Of a stretch of 64,000 nucleotides of DNA, positions 9,742 to 21,676 are shown piece after piece; the first letter of the stretch is position 1; every line of letters begins with the position of its first letter. The notes beneath the pieces are model-generated. The model saw only the letters and a program-made list of their open reading frames with translations, ran no database searches and was not told the origin of the DNA. Origin of the DNA: Eledone cirrhosa (lineage: Eukaryota); contig OZ024741.1 in assembly GCA_964016885.1 (NCBI GenBank), forward strand, positions 51,274,001-51,338,000. The letters are read 5' to 3'. A program made the position numbers and the translations under genes.

Positions 9742-11895
9742 CTACCCCCCCGGGTCATTATGGGGTTTGAGGGCGAGGTAAGTCCTACGCAATCCATGTT
9801 TACATGCAGTAACCAGTTCATCTTTCTTGTTTAGGAGTTGGTCCGTCGAAAACAGCATTTGTAAAGTTTCCTCCGAGCATAAATTGCACGGACGGCGTCC
9901 TCCCGTGTAAGAATTGGCTCTGGACAGTAATCTCCAAGTGAGATCATAGGTGATGTTGTTGTCCTTGAGGTCCCATATGTGGCCCGAAAGTGTAGTGGCG
10001 TGACGCCGGGCCGGGTTTCGGAAGGTATGTCTATGTTGGTATAGCCGGGTCTTGAAGTCACATGCGGTAAGTCCTATATAGGCTTTGTTGGAGGTATCCG
10101 TCCTCACGTTGCACTGGTAGATCACATTACGGTCTCTGCATCTATTGTCGAGTGGGCAAATAGATCTATCCGGGCAGTTACACCTCCTGGTCGGTTCTCC
10201 ACTGCTATTTAGGTTATTTCTGCCATCGGGGTTGAGTTTTTTGTTGTTAGAGGAGACGATGTTTTGTGCGAAGTTTGGTGTAGTGCTGTAAGAGAGTTTG
10301 ATGGTATTTTTGTTAATTATGTTGTGGTAGCGGTGTTGTAATGGGAAGTGTTTTTCAATGAGCCTAAAGAATAGTTTCCCGATGGGAGTAGTCACCTCTG
10401 CGTTGTGGGGAGGATTGAACCATGTTACATTGCGTGAGCGGCGGTGTCTCCTGCTGGTTCCGCTAATGGGATCTGGACAGTAGGATATTTCCTCCCGGAA
10501 ACCACTCCGCTTGAGGGCCTGGTTGTAATAAGGCGCATGTTCATCGAATATCCGCTCATTAGCTGACAAACGGGATATGCGGAGGGAGATGTTTTTGACC
10601 AGGTTGTTTGTGATGTTCCTAGGATGGTTTGATCGGCGGTGGATGTAGTGCAGATTGTCATTAGGTTTCCTGTATGGGTAGTACAGGTCGTTTTCGAGGT
10701 CGAGGGTTACGTCCAGGAAGTTTACTCGGGTCAGGGACGTTTGTAGGGTTATTTTAAATCCCCAGTCGCGGAAGAATCTGATTAATTGTTTCCGGACCCG
10801 ATCTGTACTACTGGGGTTGTACCCTTTAAGGGTAAGGAGCCCATCATCACGGTACAATCCACCACCGAATGCAGGAAACATATCAGTGAGTTTGGCTATT
10901 AGGAATAATCCTATAAGATCAGTGACCTCCGCCGAATCCGTGGCGCCCATGCTGACGTCGAAGGGTGAGTCGGGAGCTCTTTTTATCCATTTAGAGTCGT
11001 CAAAGAGTAAGACTGTCTTCCTGGCGTGGAGGATGATTTTTCTTTCCTGGTCGGTGATGGGCACGAGTGTTTCGGCGAAGTCCAAGGCGGCAGTAAGTAG
11101 CGGTAAGGTGATTGAAGCATAGTAGCTCTCTATGTCGAACTGTATGAATTTAGTTTCTCGTTTATCCTCCATATTGCTGAACCAGGAGATTACTTCCTGG
11201 GTGTTGATCCATAGGCTAAGTCGGGTGTGTTGCTTGACTTTTGGTATCACGCGGTCTAGGATTTTTTTGCTGATTCTCCCTATGTCGGACTTCGTTGGGT
11301 TAATAAGCCTGATGGAGGGTTTACGGTCAAAATCGGATTTATGGTCCTTCAGTGTGAAGTATGGTGTCCGTGGGTCTAGAGGTTCCGTGCGGTCGGCGAC
11401 CCCGAGGCTGGAGGTGATTTGTTGTCCATCTCGATTTATGTCCTCGATGCAAGAGTGGTTGGCCTTTTTATAGGTGGAGTTTAGGCTGCTCCTGATCAGT
11501 GTGTGGTATCTGTCAGGGTTGACAAAGTATAGGTTCCCAGTTTTATCCGAATGCACCATGATGTCATTTGTGTTATCATACTCTGTTAAGTTGCTACGGA
11601 GTTTTTGTAGGAATCGGTTGTGTCTGGGTTTAAATTTAATGTTCTTGACCAGTTGGAAGAGGTCATTCTCGAAGGGTGCGAGCAAGGGGTTCAGGGGCGG
11701 AGATTTGTAGGTAATAAATCCGAATCTCTCCTTGGTGCCGAAGTCGTGGTTGTCGCAATATCTGTCATAGAAAAAAGTTCTCCATCTAAGTCTTTTCGCA
11801 AATAGATCAATTTTTTGCGTGAGCATCCGAAGGTAAAGTTTTTTCGGTGGGATTGGGATGTTCTTGGTAGAGAAGTCAATGTTGTGTTTTCGCAT
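9742..11895 (-). CDS. PLE polyprotein copy 3 (RT + GIY-YIG), 717 aa
   Basis: Translation matches copy 2; ORF intact; the unit is truncated ~35 nt upstream of the ATG by the inversion. Confidence 0.93.
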   Translation of the reverse strand: MRKHNIDFSTKNIPIPPKKLYLRMLTQKIDLFAKRLRWRTFFYDRYCDNHDFGTKERFGFITYKSPPLNPLLAPFENDLFQLVKNIKFKPRHNRFLQKLRSNLTEYDNTNDIMVHSDKTGNLYFVNPDRYHTLIRSSLNSTYKKANHSCIEDINRDGQQITSSLGVADRTEPLDPRTPYFTLKDHKSDFDRKPSIRLINPTKSDIGRISKKILDRVIPKVKQHTRLSLWINTQEVISWFSNMEDKRETKFIQFDIESYYASITLPLLTAALDFAETLVPITDQERKIILHARKTVLLFDDSKWIKRAPDSPFDVSMGATDSAEVTDLIGLFLIAKLTDMFPAFGGGLYRDDGLLTLKGYNPSSTDRVRKQLIRFFRDWGFKITLQTSLTRVNFLDVTLDLENDLYYPYRKPNDNLHYIHRRSNHPRNITNNLVKNISLRISRLSANERIFDEHAPYYNQALKRSGFREEISYCPDPISGTSRRHRRSRNVTWFNPPHNAEVTTPIGKLFFRLIEKHFPLQHRYHNIINKNTIKLSYSTTPNFAQNIVSSNNKKLNPDGRNNLNSSGEPTRRCNCPDRSICPLDNRCRDRNVIYQCNVRTDTSNKAYIGLTACDFKTRLYQHRHTFRNPARRHATTLSGHIWDLKDNNITYDLTWRLLSRANSYTGGRRPCNLCSEETLQMLFSTDQLLNKKDELVTACKHGLRRTYLALKPHNDPGG

Positions 11896-12051
11896 GGTGC
11901 GGGTGAAATGAATTGAGCTTAGCGGAAAAGTCGAAACGGCTTGAGCTCAGCTGTCGGGGTCTTACTGGTTCCTATTACCCACTCTACTACCTCAAGTATT
12001 GAGTACTTTGGTGCGTTATGGTCCACCTGGTTCCTTACCACATTTCCTTCG

Positions 12052-12110
<59 letters not shown>

Positions 12111-12504
12111 CCTACATAGAAAGCACACCCAGACCCTCCTAACCGAAATAGGCGTAGACAAATAAGTTGGTATAACTACCATTTCAAGTGCCCATACCAA
12201 TAACTGCACCACCTAAGAGAACATTAGTCTACGACTTCTTTTATACCATAAACGTGGTTCTGTCTTTGCGTGTAATTCTTTTTCACCGCTCCAAATAATG
12301 AAGTATTATATTCGTTTTTTCCCCGTTCTTTGCCAGGGAACGTTTCCACGAACCAAAGTATCGTCTTCCTGTCTTCCTCCGGTTGCAACGTTTTTTGAAA
12401 TATTCACTTCTGTGTTCACAGATTGACTTTGTTAGTTTCAGAAGATCTCGTTAAGGGTGAAAGCAGCGATTCTTTGCTTAAACTTTAATCTGTTATTTTA
12501 ATAA

Positions 12505-12539
<35 letters not shown>

Positions 12540-12556
12540 AAACAACCGAAGTTGGA

Positions 12557-12698
12557 TTCGGGGTCCAGTTATGGCCACCACTGTATAATGGAGGAGTCAC
12601 TTTTAAACTGACCCTTCATTCAGGCACGTGTCTGAATGAAGGGCCAGGTTAAAAGTGCCTCTTCCATTATACAGTGATGGCCACAACTGGACCCCGAA
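12557..12698. repeat. ~140-bp imperfect palindrome, probable PLE terminal fold-back
   Basis: TTCGGGGTCCAGTT...TTCAGGCACGTGTCTGAA...AACTGGACCCCGAA; followed by GAAAC-CATTG-GTA and ATTGAGCACT; next to (TA)n. Confidence 0.75.
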
Positions 12699-13576
12699 AC
12701 CATTGGTAGCGCATACATGTTAAGTGTATAAAACTTTGTTTATACTATATAAGCTCTCTCCCAACAGATTGAGCACTGTTTTCCTTGATCTTTCATCTAC
12801 GGATTTCTACCAACTTATATGTGTGTGTGTGTGTAAGTACCTGTGTGTGTCTGTGTGTCTCTGTATGTGTGTGTGCATGTGACATGAACATATATTAGGA
12901 AACATGGACACATGCCTTCATCACCACGATGTTTGTGTATTAAAAATAGGATGGTTTACTCCAGTGCAACAGGGATTCCAAACACAAGAGGAGACAGCCT
13001 GCGGTAAAATAAAATAGAGAGAGTTTATTCGACTAAGTTCACACTAAACAATATAACGTACAAACCCAGGCTGCTCCGACGTAAAACCAACTGTAATAAC
13101 AAGGTAGAGTGTACAAGTTAGCCAGGAGTTAATGGAGAGGGGAAAAAATATTTTCGGACATTGATCCTTGAAAAGACAGCAAAAAAGCGAAGTGAATAAT
13201 GTATTGTCTGCAACCTTCTGAGAATAAGTGACATTGGGGTGACGTGGAGTTAAGAATAAAGGAGGAGAAAGGAATAGATTGAAGGAGTAAGGGAAAAAGA
13301 AGAAATGAGAAAGTAAGAGATAAAGAAAGAGAGGAATAGAAATAGAGAAGAGATCGCAGGTAATGTTAATACTATATAAATATCCATATATATATATATA
13401 TCACGGCAGGTATGGGTTGGTCACGGTTTGGGATGAAATGTGTTAACTTTTCGCACCATTGAGTGCTTTGCGACCGCCTCAAAAAATTCGATTAGTATCT
13501 ATCTGCTATACTGTGGCTACAACTTCGATACCCAATATTATACACACACACACATATATATATACGTATATATATA

Positions 13577-13613
<37 letters not shown>

Positions 13614-13827
13614 GTGTTTATATATATATATATATCCGTATGTGATTGTGATTGACGGTTGAGAGAAAAGAGTACTCAATACCGAAGTAGAGTTTTAATA
13701 TTCAGTTTCACCTATCACAGGGTCATCTGATGACCCTGTGATAAAGAGGCGAAACTCCAGATTAACAACACTCACTATTTAGCCTGAATAAATGTGTATA
13801 TATATATATATATGTGTGTGTAGAGAG

Positions 13828-13907
<80 letters not shown>

Positions 13908-14309
13908 TTCCAGCGTTAACCTGTTGCACACTTTACAAAGACTTTTCAATTTTTTTTCTGAATTCAATCACAACTTTGTTGTTTATTAATAACTCTGTTT
14001 TTGGTGAAAGACTCCTGTAAATTTTCCTGTCCATTCTTTGATGTGACATTGTCAAATGAGGAGCCAGTCGCAATCCAAACAGCACAAAATTATAAACATT
14101 AACTTAAAAAGTATAACATAGAAGAGTATAATACATAACATAGAATTACATTGGTTAAATAAAACTTATTGAAATTTCATCTCAACTGTGTAATTTTTTT
14201 CCTCTTTCGTGGAAAAAATATTGGTCCATCGTGCTCATTCCCGATTTTCTTCTCTTCTCTTTCATCCATGATTGAGATTCCTACAATTTTGTGATATATA
14301 TATGTATAC

Positions 14310-14368
<59 letters not shown>

Positions 14369-14872
14369 GCGGGTTCAACCGGGGATAACCACAGTAAGTA
14401 AGGTACTCAATACATAGCAGAGTATAAATATTGAATATAGAAATGGCTTCTACGGGACCAGAACTGTTTCATTCAAAGGAAACAGTTCTGGTCCTGTATT
14501 GTATATCTGCGCCATCTTTATTTAATCTGTTTATTTATTTATTTATTTTTGTCTTCTCTCTCGCATGCGTTTGCGTGTGTGTATAGTGTTTGGTGTGTGT
14601 TCGCGTTTGGGTGACTGTGTTTTGGTTATTGTATTCTATCTTAGTTTACTAGTGTGTGTGTATATGTGTTTGTTGTTATTGTGCTTGTGTATATATTTAT
14701 TTATTTATCTATATTTCTCTTAGATCAGTATTGTTTGTTTTGGGTGTTGTTGTTATTCCATTCATTTTTTCTGTTTAGCTTTGGCTTTCTAATTTGCCTA
14801 TCTGCTGGGTCATTTCTATGTTTAAATATTATTTTAATTTCTATGTTGTCTATGTTACCGTGATGTTGTTTT

Positions 14873-15725
14873 CTAGCGTGTTCGTATAGTCCTTTTAGTT
14901 CCCCCCCCCCCCCAGTGTTGGTCTATCCTTTCACCTATGCTACGAGCTGTCTCGCCTATGTTTATTATTGTCATGTTTCTGCAAGTACCCTCTGTACATC
15001 TTATGTTATAGACTACGTTTCTAGTCTTTGGTTGTAGCCAGAGAACTGCATGCAGTTGATGAAGTGTTGGATGTGTCTTTCCGTTTCTGTTGGGTCGCAC
15101 ATGCGGGACACGTTCTTCATCACTCGTACCAAGTCTGCGATCAGAATATTAAACTTAGCACTACTGGACATTGCTGAGTTTTTGAGTATCAGGTATTTGG
15201 AGGCCATGGGTTTAGCGTAGTGTGAGTGGAGAATTTGGGCCCTCTCGTCTATTGTGTTAATCCAGAGTTCCGTGTCTAATACAGGTAGTCTACTGTTAGG
15301 GTGTTTGGAAGGGTAGTCGATAGTTACAGTTATACTCTGGTGTATGGAATTAGCTATCTGCTGGATGCTTTCCATTGTGCTACATTCTAAATCATACTTG
15401 TTAGTACTCTCTTGTGAGGGTGTCCTTATTACTATATTAATGTCGTCTACGTAACGAGAGTAGATGATGAGGTCTATGGAGCTCTCATCAAGGAGATCTT
15501 TGAGTCTCCTTAGCCACCATACCATTAAAAGGTTGGCAACGTCACCAGCTATGCTGACGTCAATGGCTGCTCCCTCATTTTGGGTGTAGATCTTCTCGTT
15601 GAATTTGAATATGTGGCCCTTTGGGGTAGTTTTAATACTAGCCCCTATTGCATATGCGACCATTTTTCTTACCTGATCATTGTCTTTGGGGGTTCGTATG
15701 GCTTTTATCCACCCAATCCACACAA
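14873..15725 (-). pseudogene. Internally deleted PLE fragment (RT palm/thumb plus GIY-YIG remnant), Nematis-like
   Basis: YTQNEGAAID..VANLLMVWW...RYVDD...DYPSKHPNSRLPVLDTELW...HYAKPMAS, then in another frame VVYNIRCTEGTC..NIGETARSIGER. Clade call is from motif recall only. Confidence 0.8.
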
Positions 15726-15934
15726 TCCACATATATATATACGCCCTAATTTTGACAACCGAACATTTGAAAAAAAAATAATAAACAATCTTCGGCCTCC
15801 AGGGCGCATGGTAGAATTTTGAGACTTGTTTTAGCAAAAGAGTAGCGTCTTCGACGCCTGGAAATACGGTGTGTACATATATATATATAGTGAAGAAACA
15901 TAAGTCAATTGCATGAACTCATAATCCTTTATTT

Positions 15935-15990
15935 ACTGCTATATATATTTCGATGATAGTCATTGAATGGCTATGACCTCATCAGGCAGT
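15935..15990 (-). ncRNA. Minimal type I hammerhead ribozyme
   Basis: ACUGC-CUGAUGA-GGUCAUAG..CUAUCAUC-GAAA-U AUAU AUA-GCAGU; perfect 5-bp stem I, AUA triplet. Confidence 0.8.
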
Positions 15991-16681
15991 TAGTCAGTTC
16001 TTAGATATGCCAGCTCTGTGTTTATAGTGTTGATGGTGTCAGAGCCTTGGGACATATGAGCTTGTTAGAAATAATTTAATGCTGTCAGCAGGAATAGTCT
16101 TAATTCTCATTGGTCAGTTTGTAGATGCTAGTAGGGTTGGTATTTGACCTCAAAGAGGCAGGTGGTGTTGTAAAGTTCAAACCGTCAGGCAAGATGACAA
16201 TAGTTCCATATGACTGATTTTCACAAAAAGCATTCCTGGTCAGATATATATTCAATTGAGGTTAATAGTATGAAATAGATACTACAGGTCATTCTTAAAT
16301 TGGGGAATTTATGTGGAGTGGTGCTACTCAAAATTATGGTTAGAGTAGAATACTAGAAAATTTACAAATAAAAAGACTTATGTAGGTTGGCTTGCACGTA
16401 CACTCACACCCACCTCCACAGACACACACACACATCCACACATACAAATTGAGGAATTAATGTGGGGTGGTAATACTTAAAATAATGGTTAGAGTCAAAT
16501 ACTTAGTTTATATATATATATGTACTTGAGAGTGATGTATTTATCTCTCCAGAGTGGTTTCCGTTTAGCAAGTGCTGTGGCTGTTAGTGCATTCCTTGCA
16601 AGGACCTCTGGCTTTGATCTCCCTTCACTGATGATGGCACCAAGGTACTGGAACTACATCACGGTCTCCCGCTCTTGATCA

Positions 16682-17089
16682 TTGACGTTGGTCATGTCCA
16701 TTTTTAAACACGCATGCGAGTCATGGATCCTAACTACTGAACTGCAAAGAAAGATCCAAGCAGTGGAGAGGAAAAGAATGACCCAGCATGAGAGCCACTT
16801 TGCAGTTCTGTTGACCACGATGAAGAGGGGGGAGCTGAGCTGGTATGGACATATAACAAGATCAGACAGACTCGCAAAGATGATTCTCCAGGGAACAGTG
16901 CGGGGGGAGAGAAAGCGAGGAAGCCAGAGGAGGCGGTGGATAGATAACATAGCTGAGTGGGCAGGAAAGAACTTTGCCACAACCCAAGTAGTCGTCCATG
17001 ACCATCAGAGATGGAACCAGTTGGTACAATGTTCAACAGTGCACTGTCCCAACGACCCCAAAAAGGGTTAGGTGACCATGATGATGATG

Positions 17090-17090
<1 letters not shown>
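16682..17090 (+). mobile_element. 3' end of an RTE-clade LINE with (GAT)n tail
   Basis: ACESWILT..LQRKIQA...LSWYGHITR..RLAKMILQGTVRGERKRGSQRRRWIDNI.EW, followed by ATGATGATGATG. Confidence 0.85.
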
Positions 17091-17163
<73 letters not shown>

Positions 17164-17181
17164 GTTTATATATATATATAT

Positions 17182-17240
<59 letters not shown>

Positions 17241-18395
17241 CATACATAGATACATACATGATATGTGAGTCCTGGGTCCAATCTTTCGTTGCTTAATTAT
17301 TTTTTATTTTTCGTTTTCTTCTTATTCTTTTTTTTTTTTGTTTCCTTATTGCCAATTTTATTATACAATTTTTATGACATTTTCCATCTGAATAACTTTG
17401 AAAATATTTACTTTTTCGAGTCCGGGATTATATATATATATTGTTTTGTCCTTTTACTGGTTTCAGCGCGTTCAATAGTTTTTAATCGATTATATTTATC
17501 TTGATATTTATATCAGTCTGATACTCTGTTCTATCGATCTCTATATACCAGGCGGCTAAGTTTTACCATGTCCATCAATCTACCTCCTTTGACAGAGCTA
17601 ATGATAAAATAAAATATTCATGACTGATATCTATAAATTTCAAAAGTATGATTGTGTCGTTTTTGTAGCTATCAATCTTTGATCTCTGCTTTAAGATGGG
17701 AACTAGTACAATATATTTATGGTTTCCATATAATTTGCACTGGTGATACTCTCGTTGCTTTGTGTTTTTCGTGCGACTTGTGAAAGTAAATATGACCTTA
17801 TTTTACCCAGTTGATCTTTCAGCTACTATCATTGATTGTGGCATTCTAATTACTCCCAGCATTCTCTAAACCCCTAACACTCAAATGAACAAAAGCAGAC
17901 GACATGACGATCCATAAACTTTAGCTGACAGCTATGCTGAGAATAAAATGATAATGACAATAAAAAGAGCAGATTATCAGACGTGATAAAAAAAAATTGA
18001 GACTGCTTACGACATGGAGACAATAAGTTTATTTTTAATGTTTTAATCAAATAAAGCAAAGTTGTCTTTAAATGAGATGGGAAGTTGGATAATTAGAATT
18101 ATAATTGAAGTATAATGGCGACTGAATTGTGGTTTTTTTGACAAAGTGGCTTGTATGATAAACAGTTTATGGTAAAGATTATAAAAAAAATTAGATGCAT
18201 TAAATTGTTTTAATAGGACAGATAGACACGCCGATGGCGTGTCTATCTAAGTATTCTGTAATTACTTATATATATATATATTATTTTACTCTTTTGCTGA
18301 TTTCAGTCATTAGAATCCGACCAGGCTGGAGCACCGACTTGATTTTTTTCAAGTCTGATACGAGCTGCAACAAACATATATGGACATAAACATTA

Positions 18396-18431
<36 letters not shown>

Positions 18432-18539
18432 TTATATATATATATATATATTGCTAGTCTGCGGTACTGAGACCGAGAAGACTCCAAATCAAACAAGTAT
18501 TCGATACATAGATGCAGAGTGAGTATATTAGTGAAAGTA

Positions 18540-18800
18540 AAAGATTGACCGCGAGCTCGGTGGTTTCGGCTAGTTACCTTTTCTGTAACTAGATCCTCCA
18601 CTTTCACTAAAATATAAGCTGTATCGGCCATTGCCTTTCCCTTGGACAACATCTTTAGCGTGGAAAGAGGAGACTTGTATGCATGGGTGACTGCTGGTCT
18701 TTCATAAATAACCTTGCCCGGACTAGTGCCTCAGAGAGGAACTTTCTAGGTGCAAATCCCGTGGTCAATCGTGACCGGCGGGGTCTTTAGCCTTTACTGT
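18540..18800 (+). mobile_element. Probable short interspersed repeat
   Basis: Complex non-coding sequence (AACCTTGCCCGGACT..GTGCCTC..AACTTTCTAGGTGCAA.TCCC) recalled as an abundant cephalopod repeat; only one copy in this window. Confidence 0.35.
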
Positions 18801-19506
18801 ATATACGAAAAGTATATCGATATACAATAATCATAAAATGTATTTCAGGGATTTACAATAAACATTCCTCACTAAACTTTTAAATAAAACAAAATATTTT
18901 TTTATGATATCTATGTCTTGAAATCTAGAGAATATGATCTGGACAAAAATGAAGAAAAAACGAAAGATTTTGCAAATGCAATTTCTTCAATTACTCCTTT
19001 TTTTAACGCTAGCTGTAAACCTTAACTGTAAACCCTAATCCTAATGACTAAATTCTATTCCTAACCAGCGTTGACTCATCTATGGCAGGGCTTTCCAAAC
19101 TTTTTCAAACGTGGAACCTCTTTTGGTTCTGAAACTTTGGGGAAACCCCAAAGTCTAATACTGTTATATGGTCGTAATATAAATATACTCCTCTACTTTT
19201 TTTCATGGAACCCCAGACACTCCTTCCATAGGATTCCTTGGGTTCTACAGAACCCACTTTGGGAACAACTGTTCTATGGAATTAAGGAAGCTTATGTTTC
19301 AGGGGTCCTAATCCCATAAAGATTCCAGAAGCAACTTATTGTCATGTTGCTGCTCAATAGACGCTGGCTGCAAAGGAGTTCCAATAACAGTTGAAAATTC
19401 ATATAGGCATCGTAGACACATTCTACATACGGGCACAATAGTGTCTTATTTGGCTAGCTTTTATATTCACTAGGTGAGAGCGACATCTCCCTCTTTCTGT
19501 CACAAA

Positions 19507-19585
<79 letters not shown>

Positions 19586-19819
19586 AACAAATGACGTTCT
19601 TTTTCTCTCTCTATTTATCTACATCTCTTTCGCTTGGTGCTCTCCCTCTCTCTATATATATGAGGGTGACGTCGTAACTTTCTGTCTATCTACCTCTTTC
19701 TGTCACCTTGAAAACACACAACGTTCCTTTTTCTCTCTCTAGCTATGTATATATATATATATATCTCACTTGGCGTTGCCACTCTTTATATAAAGTGAGA
19801 GTGACAGATAGACAGATAG

Positions 19820-20110
19820 AATGTTTTGCAGTATTCGTTTCGGCTTTCTGCTCTCTCAGTTCAAATCCCGTCAAGGTCAACTTTCCCTTTCATTCTTTCG
19901 AGGTCGATAAAAAAAGTACCAGTTCAGTACTGGGATTGATTCTTCCTCTGTATCTCTTTCCTTTCACTTTCTATCCTTCTCTGGAAGAAATCTCCTTTAT
20001 TCAGACTTGGAGAGAAGAGATGGGCTCCGCCGTGTTTAGAGATGTCCTAGAAAGGCGTGTATGTCAATACGGTGCCTCTACGACTCCGACGGGAGTTATG
20101 GGACCATACG
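19820..20110 (+). mobile_element. tRNA-derived SINE, long-tailed subfamily
   Basis: B-box GTTCAAATCC followed by GGTCAACTTT.CCTTTCAT.CTTTCGAGGTCGATAAAA..AAGTACCAGT; the 3' part matches reverse copies at 58140-58680 and 60350-60655. Confidence 0.75.
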
Positions 20111-20366
20111 TACATACGTTATATTCATGTGATTTCACTATACAAGTATGAATATATTGTGGATTCTTAGACAATTTAGTGACTGTTAAATAACTTCACA
20201 CACTTCTGTTAATGATATGTATCAAATAAGACGAAACTAATGTAAATAAAATTTCTTCTTTTTGTTCATTCAATCTCGTATTTACTGTATAGTGGTTACA
20301 TTGTTTATTTAAAATTGTATTTACTCTACATATACTACATTGGTTTTATAATGTGTATTTAATCCG

Positions 20367-20585
20367 GGCAGTAGATTGCCAGTATCGTTAGATCGTCGGA
20401 CAACATGCTTTATGGCATAGTGTTGCGTCCGTTTACGATCTGAGGTCAAATCCTGCTGGGGTTAGCTTTGCCTTTCATCCTTACAAGGTCGATAAAATAA
20501 AGTACCAGTAATGCACCGGAGTCGATTTAATCGACTTTCCCCTCCTCCAAAATTGTTGGCCTTGTAACTAAAGTAGAAACCATCA
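20367..20585 (+). mobile_element. tRNA-derived SINE (OR/OK-like cephalopod family)
   Basis: GGCAGTAGATTG A-box-like start, degenerate B-box, CTTTGCCTTTCATCCT..GGTCGATAAAATAAAGTACCAGT core; many copies in the window. Confidence 0.75.
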
Positions 20586-20797
20586 TATGTATTTTATTTT
20601 ATTTATATTTTGTGTTTTATTAAATTTCAAAAGGATGTTTGGGATGTAGACTTTCTGTATGGGTTGAAGTTCCCTTTTGTCTTTCATGAATAAAAGCTTC
20701 ACATTTTTCTACAATTCTTTTAGAATTGTGTCGGCAATTTATCGTTTCAATTATTTGTTATTGTTGCTGTTGTTTTTATTGTTGTGTTTATTGGCAG

Positions 20798-20938
20798 GCT
20801 ACGGCAGTCAGTCATCTGTGACGGCAGCAGTGGCACACACTAGTAAAGACAACCAGACGTCACCCGGCACCACCAGTAGTGAATACCAGAGGGAACAAAG
20901 TTCGGTGGCGTTGAATCACTATTCAGATATACCATACG
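20798..20938 (+). CDS. Probable upstream coding exon of the Aristaless/ARX-like gene
   Basis: T-rich tract + TTGGCAG acceptor; open frame GYGSQSSVTAAVAHTSKDNQTSPGTTSSEYQREQSSVALNHYSDIPY; strong donor G|GTAAGT; phase 1 joins in frame to the 35931 exon. Confidence 0.7.
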
Positions 20939-20955
20939 GTAAGTCACATAATCAG

Positions 20956-21011
<56 letters not shown>

Positions 21012-21016
<5 letters not shown>

Positions 21017-21372
21017 AAAAAGATGAAATCGAAAATGCAACTGGAGTATTTTTTTTTTTTTTAAATATATATATTTATTTGGTTCCTTTACCGGTTTCGC
21101 AGTTCTTCTGCTTTTCAAAAGTAGAGTTGAGATGGAGGGTCTGTGGTTTTTCTCACACGTGAGAAAAACCACAGACCCTCCATCTCAACTCTAGTTTTGA
21201 AAAGCAGAAGAACTGCGAAACCGGTAAAGGAACCAAATAAATATATATATATTTTTTTTTAAATAAGACTCCAGTTGCATTTTCGATTTCATCTTTTTTT
21301 CTTTATACTTTCACTCGTGTAGAACACCTCGGTTATTTTTCATTTTGTAAAAAAAACCTCACTTTCTAATAA
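21012..21372. mobile_element. Non-coding fold-back element (~145-bp arms + ~70-bp unique tail) with U3:A8 HHR motif in each arm, in (TA)n
   Basis: Axis near 21157; UUGAAAA-GCAG AAGAA CUGC-GAAA-CCG-GUA at 21197-21226 (+) and ~21087-21120 (-). An internally deleted copy lies at 33115-33290. Confidence 0.8.
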
Positions 21373-21510
21373 TATATATATATATACGAGTATATATATA
21401 ATCGATACATCGATCTCCATCGATCAATCGACCCTCTGAAACGATCGTCAAACAATGAACTAACTCTCTACCTACACCTGACTTCTGTTTATATATCTAT
21501 ATATATATAT

Positions 21511-21554
<44 letters not shown>

Positions 21555-21622
21555 CTCCTCTCTCTATCTGTCTATCTCTCTATCTATCTGTCTATATCTC
21601 TCTCTCTCTCTCTCTACCTCTA

Positions 21623-21674
<52 letters not shown>

Positions 21675-21676
<2 letters not shown>

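Larger units (their letters stand above)
1481..12054 (-). mobile_element. Tandem trimer of a Penelope-like retroelement (Hydra-clade-like), ~3.53-kb units, with inverted terminal segment, inserted in (TA)n
   Basis: Unit starts TAGGAACCAG at 1481, 5011 and 8539 (periods 3530 and 3528). Each unit has an RT+GIY-YIG ORF and a hammerhead motif. 11930-12054 is the reverse complement of ~4930-5055. (TA)n on both flanks. Confidence 0.95.

Noticed and set aside
20020-20146. MGSAVFRDVLERR... as first exon of the homeobox gene
   Set aside because: The sequence matches the SINE tail repeated in reverse at 58380-58470 and 60360-60440, and has no good phase-1 donor.
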